64,000 nt of DNA, from contig CAYGAW010000109.1 of the NCBI GenBank assembly GCA_964347945.1, positions 752 through 64,751 on the forward strand. Reading direction: 5' to 3'. The notes under the pieces are model-generated. The model was not told the DNA's origin and did no database searches. It saw nothing but the letters and a program-made list of their open reading frames with translations. Origin of the DNA: an uncultured Anaerolineales bacterium (GTDB taxonomy: Bacteria > Chloroflexota > Anaerolineae > UBA7937 > B3-Chlor). Shown in pieces: positions 9,583-19,088 of this stretch (position 1 is the first letter of the stretch; each line of letters begins with the position of its first letter). The position numbers and the translations under genes were made by a program.

Positions 9583-9965
9583 GTTCCATCTCCCTTCTGA
9601 CTCTCTTGCTTCGTGGTCCAAGTCCGTGCAACTAAGGCCGACACTACACGGAGTGTCGTTCTGTCCAACGATGTGGTGTCGAAATTGTCTTTGGTGAGGG
9701 TTTGGAGCAGATGGCGGTGCGTACCACAAACCATAGCGGGGAATGATGAGGCAGTTCTTGGGGAAGGCCCTGAGTTCCTTAGTTGATTCTAGGGACTCAC
9801 CGTCATCGCTCCCTCGCTTGACTCGAATGGTGCTGGACAGCCGCTCACAACTCCTCTCTCCGTGCGACTAGTGACATGTCAACTTGCTTACTCGTCCGAA
9901 CGTCGAAGCCATGCTTGGATTCTACCATCATTCCGCACGAAATCGCTACATCGCCCACAGGGGCG

Positions 9966-10259
9966 TCAAACCGATTCACTTGACAGGGAACGGCAGTACT
10001 GCCGCAGATTCTCCTCCTGCTCATTCGTGATCTTGGTCTTCAGAGCATGTTCCACGAGCTTCCGCGAGGAGGCCCTTTCCCAGCAGGCTTTGTTCGGACA
10101 CAGATAGGCTCCTCGGCCTGGTTTCTTTCCCTTCTCATCCACTTCTACGTCGCCACTGGGGAGGCGCACGATCCTTATGAGTTCTCTGGGAGGTTTGACT
10201 TGGCGACAAGCGACGCAGGTGCGCTGAGGCACATGCTTACGACGCATCTGGTTCCTCAT
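9966..10259 (-). CDS. ylxR: YlxR/RnpM-family (DUF448) RNA-binding protein
   Basis: RTCVACRQVKPPRELIRIV...GRGAYLCP signature. It sits in the canonical position between nusA and infB. Confidence 0.85.
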   Translation of the reverse strand: MRNQMRRKHVPQRTCVACRQVKPPRELIRIVRLPSGDVEVDEKGKKPGRGAYLCPNKACWERASSRKLVEHALKTKITNEQEENLRQYCRSLSSESV

Positions 10260-12084
10260 CCTGGCTATCGCTCTCTTCGGCCTCTAGATCGGCCTCTGCA
10301 GCGCCACTATCTTCTTCCCAGGCCTCGACGGGGGCCCTTTCCCACTCCTCCCGACGTCTTCCCGGCTTGCGCTCTTTCTTGGCGACGACCTCACCGAGCG
10401 ACTCGTCGTACACCAGAGTTCTGCGACGTCGTTTCTTCTTTGCCGGAGGACTGTCTTGAGGGTGAGGTTCTTCAATCTCGTCTGGGGCTCTTGCAGGCTG
10501 CGCCGCCTCGACTCCCTCCACCTGTTCAGGGGCAGCTTCTTCGGGCTCTGGCTCCTCCAGTTCCTCAGGGGTCGGCTCTCCAACGACCTCTTCGACAGCC
10601 GGTGGTTCGATCACCATTTCCACAGCTTCTGCCGAAGCCAGAGGTGCTTCCTCGACTGGGGCGGGTACCGCTGCTTCCGGTTCTGGTTCCACCTCCAGCT
10701 CAGGTGTCTCTTCTTCCGGAATCACCTTCTCCCTGCCGAGAATTGCCCACACGTCTCGGTCTTCGAGGGCGTCCTTCAACTCCTGCAATGACTTGGGTCC
10801 AAAGCCCTTCAACTCCAGAAGGGCCTCTTCACCTTCTCCCATTTTGTCGAGTAGTGGTCCCAACTCTGTTATGCCGGCACCGCTCAAAGAGTTGAGGGCC
10901 CGTCGTGACACATCCAGCTTCTCTAGAGGCATGTCCTCAGCTATCTCGGCTCTTGCTGCAAGTCTGATCGCTTCCTGCTCAGCTCTACGTAGTGCCCTCT
11001 CCGCCGCTTCGGTGACGCTTATGATATCGATCCTCCAACCCGTGAGCTTGGCTGCTAGGCGGGCGTTCTGGCCCTCTCTACCGATAGCCAGCGACAGTTC
11101 CTTCTCCGGAACGATGACGGTGGCTGTCTTGCCCGTCTCTTTGTCTTCGGTGAGTTCGACGCCAACGGGGCGCGCGGGACTGAGCGACTTGCTGATGAAC
11201 TCTTTCGGGTCTCGGCTCCAGGGGATGACATCTATCTTCTCGCCGTTCAGTTCGCTCACGATGCTCTGGATCCTGACTCCCCGCATCCCCACACACGCTC
11301 CGACAGGGTCAATTCCCTGCTGGACAGCAGCCACTGCCACCTTTGCTCGAGAGCCAGCCTCTCGGGCGATGGCTTTGATCTCCACGAGGCCGTTGTAGAT
11401 CTCGGGTACCTCGACTTCCAGCAACCGCCGCAGCATATCGGGGTGATTGCGCGAGACGATAATCTCGCATCCCCGGCTTGTTCTGTTCACCTCCGTGATG
11501 AGCACCCGCAACTTCTGCCTGATGTAGTGCCGTTCGTTTGCCACCTGGTGACTACGAGGCATGAGAGCCTCGATCCGACCCAGGTTGATTGTGACGCCCC
11601 TGGCGTCTATGCTGTGAACGGTTCCGCCCACTATCTCTCCCTCCCGTCCGGCGTAGGTTTCGTACAGCGCATCGCGCTCAGCTTCTCTGATCCGCTGTAG
11701 GATTACCTGCTTGGCCGTTTGAGCTCCGATACGGCCAAAGTCGGGAGGGGTCGTTTCTACAAAGACTATATCTCCCAGATTCGAGTCGGGCTTGACCTGC
11801 TTGGCCTCGGCCAACTCCATCTCGCTCTCCGGATCTTCCACTGTCTCGACAATCTCCTTGCCTGTGAAGATGCTCATCTCTCCGGTGGACGGGTCGATCT
11901 TGGCTTCCAGATGCTGGGCTGGGCCGAAGTCACGCTTGTATGCAGAGACTAGGGCTTGCTCAATGGCATCCAGGACCACCTCAACGGTGAGCCCTCTTTC
12001 CGCACAGACCTGGTTGATAGCCCTGATGAAATCGGTCGTCATCTTAGATTGATCCTTCGGCGCAAAATCCCTCAGGATTGACAC
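10237..12084 (-). CDS. nusA: Transcription termination/antitermination factor NusA with a long acidic C-terminal tail
   Basis: NusA N-terminal domain (DFIRAINQV...ALVSAYKR), S1 and two KH domains, and a C-terminal ~170-aa E/P/A-rich tail. The likely true start is the internal ATG at 12042 (MTTDF...). The 3' end overlaps ylxR. Confidence 0.92.
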   Translation of the reverse strand: MSILRDFAPKDQSKMTTDFIRAINQVCAERGLTVEVVLDAIEQALVSAYKRDFGPAQHLEAKIDPSTGEMSIFTGKEIVETVEDPESEMELAEAKQVKPDSNLGDIVFVETTPPDFGRIGAQTAKQVILQRIREAERDALYETYAGREGEIVGGTVHSIDARGVTINLGRIEALMPRSHQVANERHYIRQKLRVLITEVNRTSRGCEIIVSRNHPDMLRRLLEVEVPEIYNGLVEIKAIAREAGSRAKVAVAAVQQGIDPVGACVGMRGVRIQSIVSELNGEKIDVIPWSRDPKEFISKSLSPARPVGVELTEDKETGKTATVIVPEKELSLAIGREGQNARLAAKLTGWRIDIISVTEAAERALRRAEQEAIRLAARAEIAEDMPLEKLDVSRRALNSLSGAGITELGPLLDKMGEGEEALLELKGFGPKSLQELKDALEDRDVWAILGREKVIPEEETPELEVEPEPEAAVPAPVEEAPLASAEAVEMVIEPPAVEEVVGEPTPEELEEPEPEEAAPEQVEGVEAAQPARAPDEIEEPHPQDSPPAKKKRRRRTLVYDESLGEVVAKKERKPGRRREEWERAPVEAWEEDSGAAEADLEAEESDSQDEEPDAS

Positions 12085-12584
12085 TATGTGAGCCTGAGGC
12101 TTTAGCCTCCCTCCGCCTCCTTCGGTCTTGATAATAAGAAAAGTGGGGCGTGCCCACTTTTCGACGGGGGTAACTGTCTATCTACTATTATACCACACTT
12201 CCTAGAAGTGCGCAAGATGCAATTACGAGGGGGTCGAAGAAGCCTCTCGGAGACGCATACGACGTCATTCCGGGGCCCGCCCGCCGCTTGGCTTGGACTG
12301 GGCTCACCACGGGTGGGCGCCGCTTGGCTTCGATACGCCGCTTCGCGGCTACTCAGCCTCCGCGGCTCAGCACGCGCCCAGCGCCAGATCTCACGTCGTC
12401 TTTCCACACTCTCAATTGCGCGGAGAAGGAGACGCTCTTGTGAGGAAGACGGCGTCTCCTCCCTCCAATTGAGTGGTTGCGCACCTGCGAGCGGCTTGAC
12501 TCTGGGACGGGTCTCGACTGCGAGCATCGAAGGAACCTCGGCAAATTGCCCCCAAGGCAGGAGTGCCCTTCCGCCCGTGTTGAC

Positions 12585-14279
12585 CTAGGTCAGCATTTGC
12601 CTGATAACCTCTTCGATGTCATCGAAATCGATGATCTGGTACTCCTCGGCGTCGCGACGTTTCACTTCCACTCCGCCTGCCTGAAGGCTACGGGAACTCA
12701 CAGTGAGCCTCAAAGGTATGCCTATGAGGTCGGCGTCGTTGAATTTCACCCCTGCACTCTCATCTCGATCATCGTAGACGATCTCATATCCCTTGGACAG
12801 CAGCTCCTCATACAGAGAATCGGCCGCATTGACTACCTCTCGACTGCGTCCCAGGGCGATCAAGTGGACATGATAGGGGGCGATGCTCACAGGCCAGATA
12901 ATGCCTCGCTCATCATGACGCTGCTCGACAACAGCCGCCATGAGGCGTCCAGTGCCGATGCCGTAGCAACCCATAACCACTGGTAGGCTACGCCCTTCGC
13001 TATCCAGGAATCTGGCTCCCAAGGCCTCGCTGTACTTGCTGCCCAGTTTGAATATGTGTCCGAGTTCAATACCTCTGGTTGTTCGTAGTTTGCCGCCACA
13101 GTGGGCGCAGAAGTCGCCTTCTTGCACTGCGGCGATGTCGCCCAGCAAATCTACTTCGAAGTCACGCGGGTAGTTCACGTTGCGGAGGTGATACCCCTCC
13201 TTGTTAGCCCCAGCGACGAAATTGCTGCCCAAGGTGATTGACTCATCGGCCACGATCTTGACCTTGCCCTGCTGGCCAATGGGCGATGCATAGCCCGCCA
13301 CTATGCCAGCGACTGAAACTTCTTCCTCGACAGCTAGGCGAAGTTCAGGAGCGCCCAGCATATTAGCGACCTTCGTCTCATTCACCTCAAGGTCGCCACG
13401 GATAGCCACGAACACAAGCTCATCGCCAGCCATGTAGAAGATGGCTTTCAAGGTCTGCTCGGGTCCGATGCCCAGATATCCCGCTACTTCCTCGATGGTG
13501 GTCATGTCTGGAGTGGCCACCTCCTCCGGGGCACGCTGCGGGTCTTTCTGGATCTCCGTTCGCTTGGCTATGGCGCTTTGGGCATTGGCAGCGTAATCGC
13601 AGCCATCACAGATGATCAAAGTGTCCTCTCCGGCCTCGTTGACAAGCATAAACTCATGCGAGGCGGCTCCTCCCATAAGGCCCGGATCCGCTTCGACGAC
13701 CAGAACCTCTGCCCCGCATCGCTGGAAGATGTTGATATACGCCTGATGAACCTCTGGGTAGTAGGAGTCCAGGTCATCATGGTCAGCATGGAAGCTGTAG
13801 CCATCCTTCATGGTGAACTCTCTTACCCGAATCAAGCCCCCTCGGGAGCGAGGCTCGTCGCGGAATTTGGTCTGTATCTGGTAGATCATGAAGGGTAGTT
13901 GCCGATAGGAGTCTATCTCCCGTCGGGCCAGGTCCGTGATCACTTCTTCGTGAGTAATGCCGAGGACTAGTTCTCGCTGGTTTCTGTCCCGAAACCGGAC
14001 CAACACCGGGCCGGCCTCGAAATAGCGCCCTGTCTCCTGCCACAATTCGGCTGGGTGTACGGCGGGCATCCTCATTTCCTGCCCGCCGATGGCGTTCATC
14101 TCCTCTCGCATGACGTTCTCGATCTTCCGAAGCACTCTCCAACCGAGAGGTAGATAGGTGTATATGCCAGCGGCAAGCTGGCGAATCATCCCTGCTCGCA
14201 GCAGCAGCTGGTGGCTCGTCATCTCCGCTTCTGCAGGCACTTCGCGCAGTGTGTTGCCAAAGACCTTTGACAAGCGCAA
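12585..14279 (-). CDS. proS: Proline--tRNA ligase (bacterial type with editing domain)
   Basis: TSHQLLLRAGMIRQ, class II aaRS motifs, an INS/editing domain and a C-terminal anticodon-binding domain. 564 aa. Confidence 0.93.
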   Translation of the reverse strand: MRLSKVFGNTLREVPAEAEMTSHQLLLRAGMIRQLAAGIYTYLPLGWRVLRKIENVMREEMNAIGGQEMRMPAVHPAELWQETGRYFEAGPVLVRFRDRNQRELVLGITHEEVITDLARREIDSYRQLPFMIYQIQTKFRDEPRSRGGLIRVREFTMKDGYSFHADHDDLDSYYPEVHQAYINIFQRCGAEVLVVEADPGLMGGAASHEFMLVNEAGEDTLIICDGCDYAANAQSAIAKRTEIQKDPQRAPEEVATPDMTTIEEVAGYLGIGPEQTLKAIFYMAGDELVFVAIRGDLEVNETKVANMLGAPELRLAVEEEVSVAGIVAGYASPIGQQGKVKIVADESITLGSNFVAGANKEGYHLRNVNYPRDFEVDLLGDIAAVQEGDFCAHCGGKLRTTRGIELGHIFKLGSKYSEALGARFLDSEGRSLPVVMGCYGIGTGRLMAAVVEQRHDERGIIWPVSIAPYHVHLIALGRSREVVNAADSLYEELLSKGYEIVYDDRDESAGVKFNDADLIGIPLRLTVSSRSLQAGGVEVKRRDAEEYQIIDFDDIEEVIRQMLT

Positions 14280-14373
14280 CTCCTCACCCTCCTTCTGCGA
14301 TCATATTGTGTTTGACAAAGCATACCCGAAGGCATAGAATCCGTCCAGTACATCGTAGGCAAGGGACAGCTGG

Positions 14374-14994
14374 ATGATCATTGAAAGGCTCGTGGTCGGC
14401 ATGCTGCAGTCCAACTGCTACATTGTCGGTTGCGATGAAAGCAAGGTCGGCATCATTGTTGACCCGGGTGGTGATGCGCCCACAATCCTGGACAGAGTCG
14501 AGGAACTCAGTCTCACCATCAAACTCATCGTCAATACTCACGGCCACATAGACCACATAGCGGCCAATCGCGCTGTGAAGGAAGCCACAGGTGGGCAGAT
14601 AGCCATTCATCGCGACGATGCCCAGTGGCTGGTCACCGACCAAGGAGATTATGCTCGCATGCTCGGTGTTCTTTCCCCGGGTCCCGCTGCGGATATCCTG
14701 CTAGATGAGGGAGATGAAGTCGCCTTTGGAAACGAGGGCTTGCAGGTGATTCACACGCCTGGGCATAGCCTGGGTGGCATCTCCCTAGTTGGTGACGGTT
14801 TGGTCTTCTGTGGTGACACCCTTTTTGCTATGGGGGTTGGCCGCGTTGACCTACCCGGGGGCAGCTGGGAAACTCTGATGCATAGCATCAAGACGCGGCT
14901 CTTCGCCATGCCGGACGACACTACGGTCCATACGGGCCACGGGCCCCCAACGACCATTGGGCGTGAGAAGCGGTTCAACCCCTGGTTCAACTGA
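14374..14994 (+). CDS. MBL-fold metallo-hydrolase (glyoxalase II-like)
   Basis: VNTHGHIDH metal-binding motif plus downstream His and Asp residues. 206 aa. Confidence 0.8.
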   Translation: MIIERLVVGMLQSNCYIVGCDESKVGIIVDPGGDAPTILDRVEELSLTIKLIVNTHGHIDHIAANRAVKEATGGQIAIHRDDAQWLVTDQGDYARMLGVLSPGPAADILLDEGDEVAFGNEGLQVIHTPGHSLGGISLVGDGLVFCGDTLFAMGVGRVDLPGGSWETLMHSIKTRLFAMPDDTTVHTGHGPPTTIGREKRFNPWFN

Positions 14995-15058
14995 AGTATA
15001 TCATAGCGGTTTACCCTTGACCACTGTCTGGCACAAGCAAGGAAGGAGGAGCGCACAG

Positions 15059-15373
15059 ATGCCTAGGAAGACCAAGGGTGCGAAGACCGGGATCGATTGG
15101 AGGGTCGTCAGCCAGAATGTGGCCCTGGGCGTGGTGATTGTCGTACTCAGCTACCTCGCGGTGGGCGTGGGCTTGCATCGCCTGCCACTAGTGGGTGTGG
15201 TATTTCAGTTCTTCGTGCCCTTCGCTTTCGTCGTTTTGATGACTTACTACAGGAGTGAACAGAAGACCAAGGCTCAGTCAATCACCGAAGGCATCTTCGC
15301 GGGGTGCATCTTTCTGCTGATCATGAGCTTGGTGTTTGCACTGTCTAGCCTGATTTCCCCACCGACGGCTTAG
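15059..15373 (+). CDS. Small hypothetical membrane protein (3 predicted TM helices)
   Basis: Internal ATG preceded by aaggaagg/ggagga. Hydrophobic stretches VALGVVIVVLSYLAVGV, LVGVVFQFFVPFAFVVLM and IFAGCIFLLIMSLVFAL. Confidence 0.5.
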   Translation: MPRKTKGAKTGIDWRVVSQNVALGVVIVVLSYLAVGVGLHRLPLVGVVFQFFVPFAFVVLMTYYRSEQKTKAQSITEGIFAGCIFLLIMSLVFALSSLISPPTA

Positions 15374-15466
15374 CCGTTTCCTCACACGTGCGGTAGCGCA
15401 CTTGTCCACTGAGGTGACAATTCTAGGAGTCGCTGCGCTGTACACTGTACGGAAAAGGAGAGCACA

Positions 15467-16822
15467 GTGGAGCAATTCTATGCCTTCGTTGACGCTAATG
15501 CTGAGCGATTCATCGCTCAGTTGAAGCGGTTGTGTAGCCAACCGAGTGTCGCTGCTCAGAACCTGGGCGTAAGAGAGGCGGCGCACTTAGTGCTGGAGAT
15601 GGTGAGGGGCATTGGGGCTGATGCTCGCCTCATCGAAGTGGCTGATGCGCCTCCTGTCGTGTATGGAGAGCTTGGCGAAGGCGACAGGACCTTGATTATC
15701 TACGACCACTACGATGTGCAACCACCTGAGCCCTTGGACCAGTGGGAATCGGACCCGTTTGTCCCAGAGATCCGAGAGGGCTTGTTGTATGGCAGGGGAG
15801 TGTCGGACAACAAAGGGGATCTAGTCTCCCGATTGCAGGCCATAGAGGCCTACCAGGAAACGATGGGGGAGTTGCCTCTGAAGATCAAGTTCGTTTTCGA
15901 GGGAGAGGAGGAGATAGGCAGCCCCCATCTGGCCCAGTTCGTGGAGGAGAACGGGGAGTTGCTGCTAGGGGCCGATGGCTGCTTGTGGGAGGGTGGGCGC
16001 AAAGACATGTCGGGGAGACCTGAGATTTACTTGGGCTTGAAGGGCATCGTATACGTGGAATTGCGGGCTAGAGGCGCTTCCAGGGATCTTCACTCCGCAT
16101 GGGCGCCCTTGGTGCCCAACCCTGCATGGCGTCTGGTTTGGGCGTTGAATACGCTCAAGGATGAGCGAGACCGGATCACCGTTGATGGATTGATGGACCA
16201 CGTGGCTCCACCACCAGAACAGGATCTAGAGCTTCTCCGCGGAATCCCTTTCGAGGAAGACAAGATCAAGGGAGATCTCAGAATCTCTGACTTCCTGGGC
16301 GGGGTGAAGGGGACCGACGCTTTGCAGAGGCTCCTGTATGCTCCGACCTGCACCATCTGCGGGATCGTTGCTGGTTACACTGGTGAAGGCTCCAAGACGG
16401 TGCTACCCAGTGAAGCCATGGTGAAGCTCGATTTTCGCTTGGTCCCTCATCTGGAGCCCGACCTGGTGCTGGATCTGCTGCGCAAGCATCTGGACCGCCG
16501 GGGGTTTCAAGACGTAGAGATCTCTCTCTTCTCTGGCGAGCATCCGGCCAAGTCTTCTCCTGAGGCGCCGATCGCCCGGGCAGCTATCGAGGCAGCCAGG
16601 GTGGTCTACGGAGAGGATCCCGTGGTCTATCCTTTGATGGCGGGAAGTGGCCCCATGTATCCCTTGAGTGAGGCCTTGGGGATACCCGCAGTGTCCGGCG
16701 TGGGAGTGGGCCACGCTCAGTCAAGGATCCATGCTCCCAACGAGAACATCCGCCTTAATGACTACTTCCAGTCCGTGAAGTTCACGGGTCAACTCATCCG
16801 GCTCTTCGCTGCCCTGGAATAG
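15467..16822 (+). CDS. M20-family metallopeptidase (dipeptidase / ArgE-DapE-CPG2 type)
   Basis: YDHYDVQPP...DPF, GRGVSDNKG and EGEEEIGS metal-ligand motifs. 451 aa. Confidence 0.85.
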   Translation: MEQFYAFVDANAERFIAQLKRLCSQPSVAAQNLGVREAAHLVLEMVRGIGADARLIEVADAPPVVYGELGEGDRTLIIYDHYDVQPPEPLDQWESDPFVPEIREGLLYGRGVSDNKGDLVSRLQAIEAYQETMGELPLKIKFVFEGEEEIGSPHLAQFVEENGELLLGADGCLWEGGRKDMSGRPEIYLGLKGIVYVELRARGASRDLHSAWAPLVPNPAWRLVWALNTLKDERDRITVDGLMDHVAPPPEQDLELLRGIPFEEDKIKGDLRISDFLGGVKGTDALQRLLYAPTCTICGIVAGYTGEGSKTVLPSEAMVKLDFRLVPHLEPDLVLDLLRKHLDRRGFQDVEISLFSGEHPAKSSPEAPIARAAIEAARVVYGEDPVVYPLMAGSGPMYPLSEALGIPAVSGVGVGHAQSRIHAPNENIRLNDYFQSVKFTGQLIRLFAALE

Positions 16823-17050
16823 GCTCGCAGACTTGAGCTTCTTTCAGTTTGTGCGGCAATCCCATCGTAGCCGAAGGAGTACAGGGACCACCACATCGAC
16901 TGTGGCGCCCGTCCGGGATAGCTTGGCGCCTCGGAAAGACCTGTCGCTGCCAGGCAAGGTGGCATGGTCTCTCGGCAGATAGGTTTCACTCATCGTCGGG
17001 CAAGATCGGGTTGGGCCGCGCAGTGTGAGAGAAGGGTAGTACCGAGGCTC

Positions 17051-17491
17051 CTAGTGGCCAAGGAGCTTCTCGCTCTCCTCTCGAGGTTGCCAGGTGATCT
17101 CGACAGATCCCATGCGAGCCAACAGCTCTTCCACTCTGTCTCGCAACGGCATCAAGTTCAGGCTCTTGGTCTTCCAGGAGCCCTGTATCTGGTTCATCAC
17201 CAGTTTGCTGTCGCCCCTGATCTCCACGGAGAAGGTGTTGGGAGAGCGCCCGGCTTTCCGGATGGTGCTGATGAGGTCTTCCAAGGCGGCAATCAGCGCC
17301 CTGTATTCGGCTTGGTTGGATGTGACCAGTTCTCCAAACCTCAGGCGCCGCTTCCTGACCTTGCCATCGACGTTACGCCTTAGCGCGTAGCTACCGTATC
17401 CCACGCCGGGGTTACCCCGACTCCCACCGTCGAAGACGATCATGTAGTCCATGTTCGCGTTGTCAAGAGACATCGGTCGCCCGTCAAGCAT
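17051..17491 (-). CDS. rnhA: Ribonuclease HI (RNase H type 1)
   Basis: DGGSRGNPG, NQAEYRALI and the DS...V catalytic DEDD motifs. The ATG lies 2 nt after the carboxyltransferase stop. Internal ATGs at 17452 and 17443 are alternatives. Confidence 0.8.
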   Translation of the reverse strand: MLDGRPMSLDNANMDYMIVFDGGSRGNPGVGYGSYALRRNVDGKVRKRRLRFGELVTSNQAEYRALIAALEDLISTIRKAGRSPNTFSVEIRGDSKLVMNQIQGSWKTKSLNLMPLRDRVEELLARMGSVEITWQPREESEKLLGH

Positions 17492-17493
17492 GT

Positions 17494-19044
17494 CTACAGC
17501 GGGATGTTGCCGTGCTTCTTGGGCGGATTGTCATCCCGCTTGTTCTGGAGCATTTCCAAGGCTTCTATCAGGCGCGGGCGGGTTTCCCGCGGTTCGATGA
17601 TATCGTCGATGTAGCCACGCGAGGCGGCGATGTATGGATGGGCGAACTTCTCCCGATAGTCCTGCCCGAGCCTTTCTGCTTCGGCCTGGGGATCTTCTGC
17701 TGCGGCTATCTCCTTGCGAAAGATGATGTTGACGGCTCCGTCCGGCCCCATCACCGCGATTTCGGCACTGGGCCAGGCGTAGCTCACATCACCTCGGATG
17801 TGCTTGGAGCTCATTACCACGTACGCCCCGCCATATGCTTTGCGAGTGATGATGGTGATCTTGGGTACCGTTGCCTCGCAATATGCATAGAGCAGCTTGG
17901 CTCCGTGCCGAATGATGCCTCCGTGCTCCTGCGAGACCCCGGGCAGAAACCCAGGTACATCTACGAAGGTGATTATGGGGATGTTGAAGCAGTCGCAGAA
18001 ACGCACGAAACGAGCAGCCTTGTCAGAAGAGTCTATGTCCAGCACACCGGCCAGCACAGCGGGCTGCTGAGCGACAATACCCACTGAACGGCCGTTGAGC
18101 CGAGCAAAGCCGACGACGATGTTCTGAGCCCAGTGCTCGTGGACCTCAAAGAAGTCTGCATCGTCCACCACGTGGCGGATAATCTCCTTCATATCGTATG
18201 GTTTGGTGGGGCTGTCGGGGACTATCGACTCCAGGTCTTCATCCATGCGCAGCGGGTCGTCTGTCGGGGTGACCAGGGGCGGGTCTTCCATGTTATTCTG
18301 GGGAATGTAGCTGAGCAGCTTGCGGATGAGGTACATGCAGTCCTCTTCGTCCTCAGCAGCGAAGTGCGCGACTCCGCTGACGGTGTTGTGCGCCCTGGCC
18401 CCTCCCAATTCCTCGAAAGTCACCTCCTCGCGAGTCACCGCTTTGATCACATCCGGTCCAGTGATGAACATGTAACTGCTTCCTTTGACCATGAAGGTGA
18501 AGTCGGTTATGGCTGGCGAGTACACAGCACCGCCTGCACAGGGCCCCATGATCGCGGAGATTTGAGGGATTACTCCAGAAGAAAGGGTGTTGCGCAAGAA
18601 TATGTCGGCGTAAGCGCCCAAGGACACGACACCCTCTTGGATGCGAGCGCCGCCCGAGTCATTGAGACCGATAACTGGTGCGCCATTCTTCGTCGCCAGG
18701 TCCATGATCTTGCAGATCTTCTCGGCATGCACCTCCCCCAGCGAGCCGCCGAAAACGGTGAAATCCTGGGAGAACGCGTACACGGGACGGCCGTCAATTG
18801 TCCCCCAGCCGGTTATCACGCTATCGCTGAGGAATCTCTTCTTCTCCAAGCCGAAGCCGGTGCTGCGGTGCGTGACAAACGTGTCCAACTCGCGGAACGA
18901 GCCCTGGTCGAGGAGCAGCTCCATGCGCTCGCGGGCTGTGAGCTTGCCTTTCGCGTGTTGTGCGTCTATGCGGGCCTGTCCGCCGCCTAACTGTGCCTGC
19001 TGTCGCATTTCGCGAAGCTTCTCGATCTTGGGGTCTACGGTCAT
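17494..19044 (-). CDS. Acyl-CoA carboxylase carboxyltransferase (beta) subunit, propionyl-/methylmalonyl-CoA type
   Basis: Two crotonase-like carboxyltransferase halves and the conserved N-terminus ([22 protein letters not shown]). 516 aa. Confidence 0.88.
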   Translation of the reverse strand: MTVDPKIEKLREMRQQAQLGGGQARIDAQHAKGKLTARERMELLLDQGSFRELDTFVTHRSTGFGLEKKRFLSDSVITGWGTIDGRPVYAFSQDFTVFGGSLGEVHAEKICKIMDLATKNGAPVIGLNDSGGARIQEGVVSLGAYADIFLRNTLSSGVIPQISAIMGPCAGGAVYSPAITDFTFMVKGSSYMFITGPDVIKAVTREEVTFEELGGARAHNTVSGVAHFAAEDEEDCMYLIRKLLSYIPQNNMEDPPLVTPTDDPLRMDEDLESIVPDSPTKPYDMKEIIRHVVDDADFFEVHEHWAQNIVVGFARLNGRSVGIVAQQPAVLAGVLDIDSSDKAARFVRFCDCFNIPIITFVDVPGFLPGVSQEHGGIIRHGAKLLYAYCEATVPKITIITRKAYGGAYVVMSSKHIRGDVSYAWPSAEIAVMGPDGAVNIIFRKEIAAAEDPQAEAERLGQDYREKFAHPYIAASRGYIDDIIEPRETRPRLIEALEMLQNKRDDNPPKKHGNIPL

Positions 19045-19088
19045 CGTCTACTCCTGATCTTCCTCCATTCCCGATGTGGCAGTGGGTG

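Noticed and set aside
9583-9965. tRNA or ylxQ (L7Ae) gene in the ylxR-infB spacer
   Set aside because: No T-loop (GTTCGAnTCC) or cloverleaf-compatible segment was found by eye, and no ORF longer than 28 codons. It is kept only as an unexplained spacer.
10380-10760. Tandem short repeats (GAGCCAGAGCCCGAAGAAG-like, EEPEPE-coding) considered as a CRISPR or VNTR array
   Set aside because: The repeats are in frame and encode the acidic low-complexity tail of NusA. There are no spacers of uniform length, so this is not a CRISPR array.
10047-10895. 282-aa plus-strand ORF (Pro/Arg/Leu-rich) overlapping nusA
   Set aside because: Antisense shadow ORF of the GC-rich, repeat-containing nusA acidic tail. 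Low-complexity composition, no motifs, and fully contained in a high-confidence gene.
12102-12527. 141-aa minus-strand ORF in the proS-nusA intergenic region as a possible rimP
   Set aside because: Arg/Pro/Ser-rich with no resemblance to RimP (DUF150) motifs. Likely a chance ORF in GC-rich non-coding DNA.
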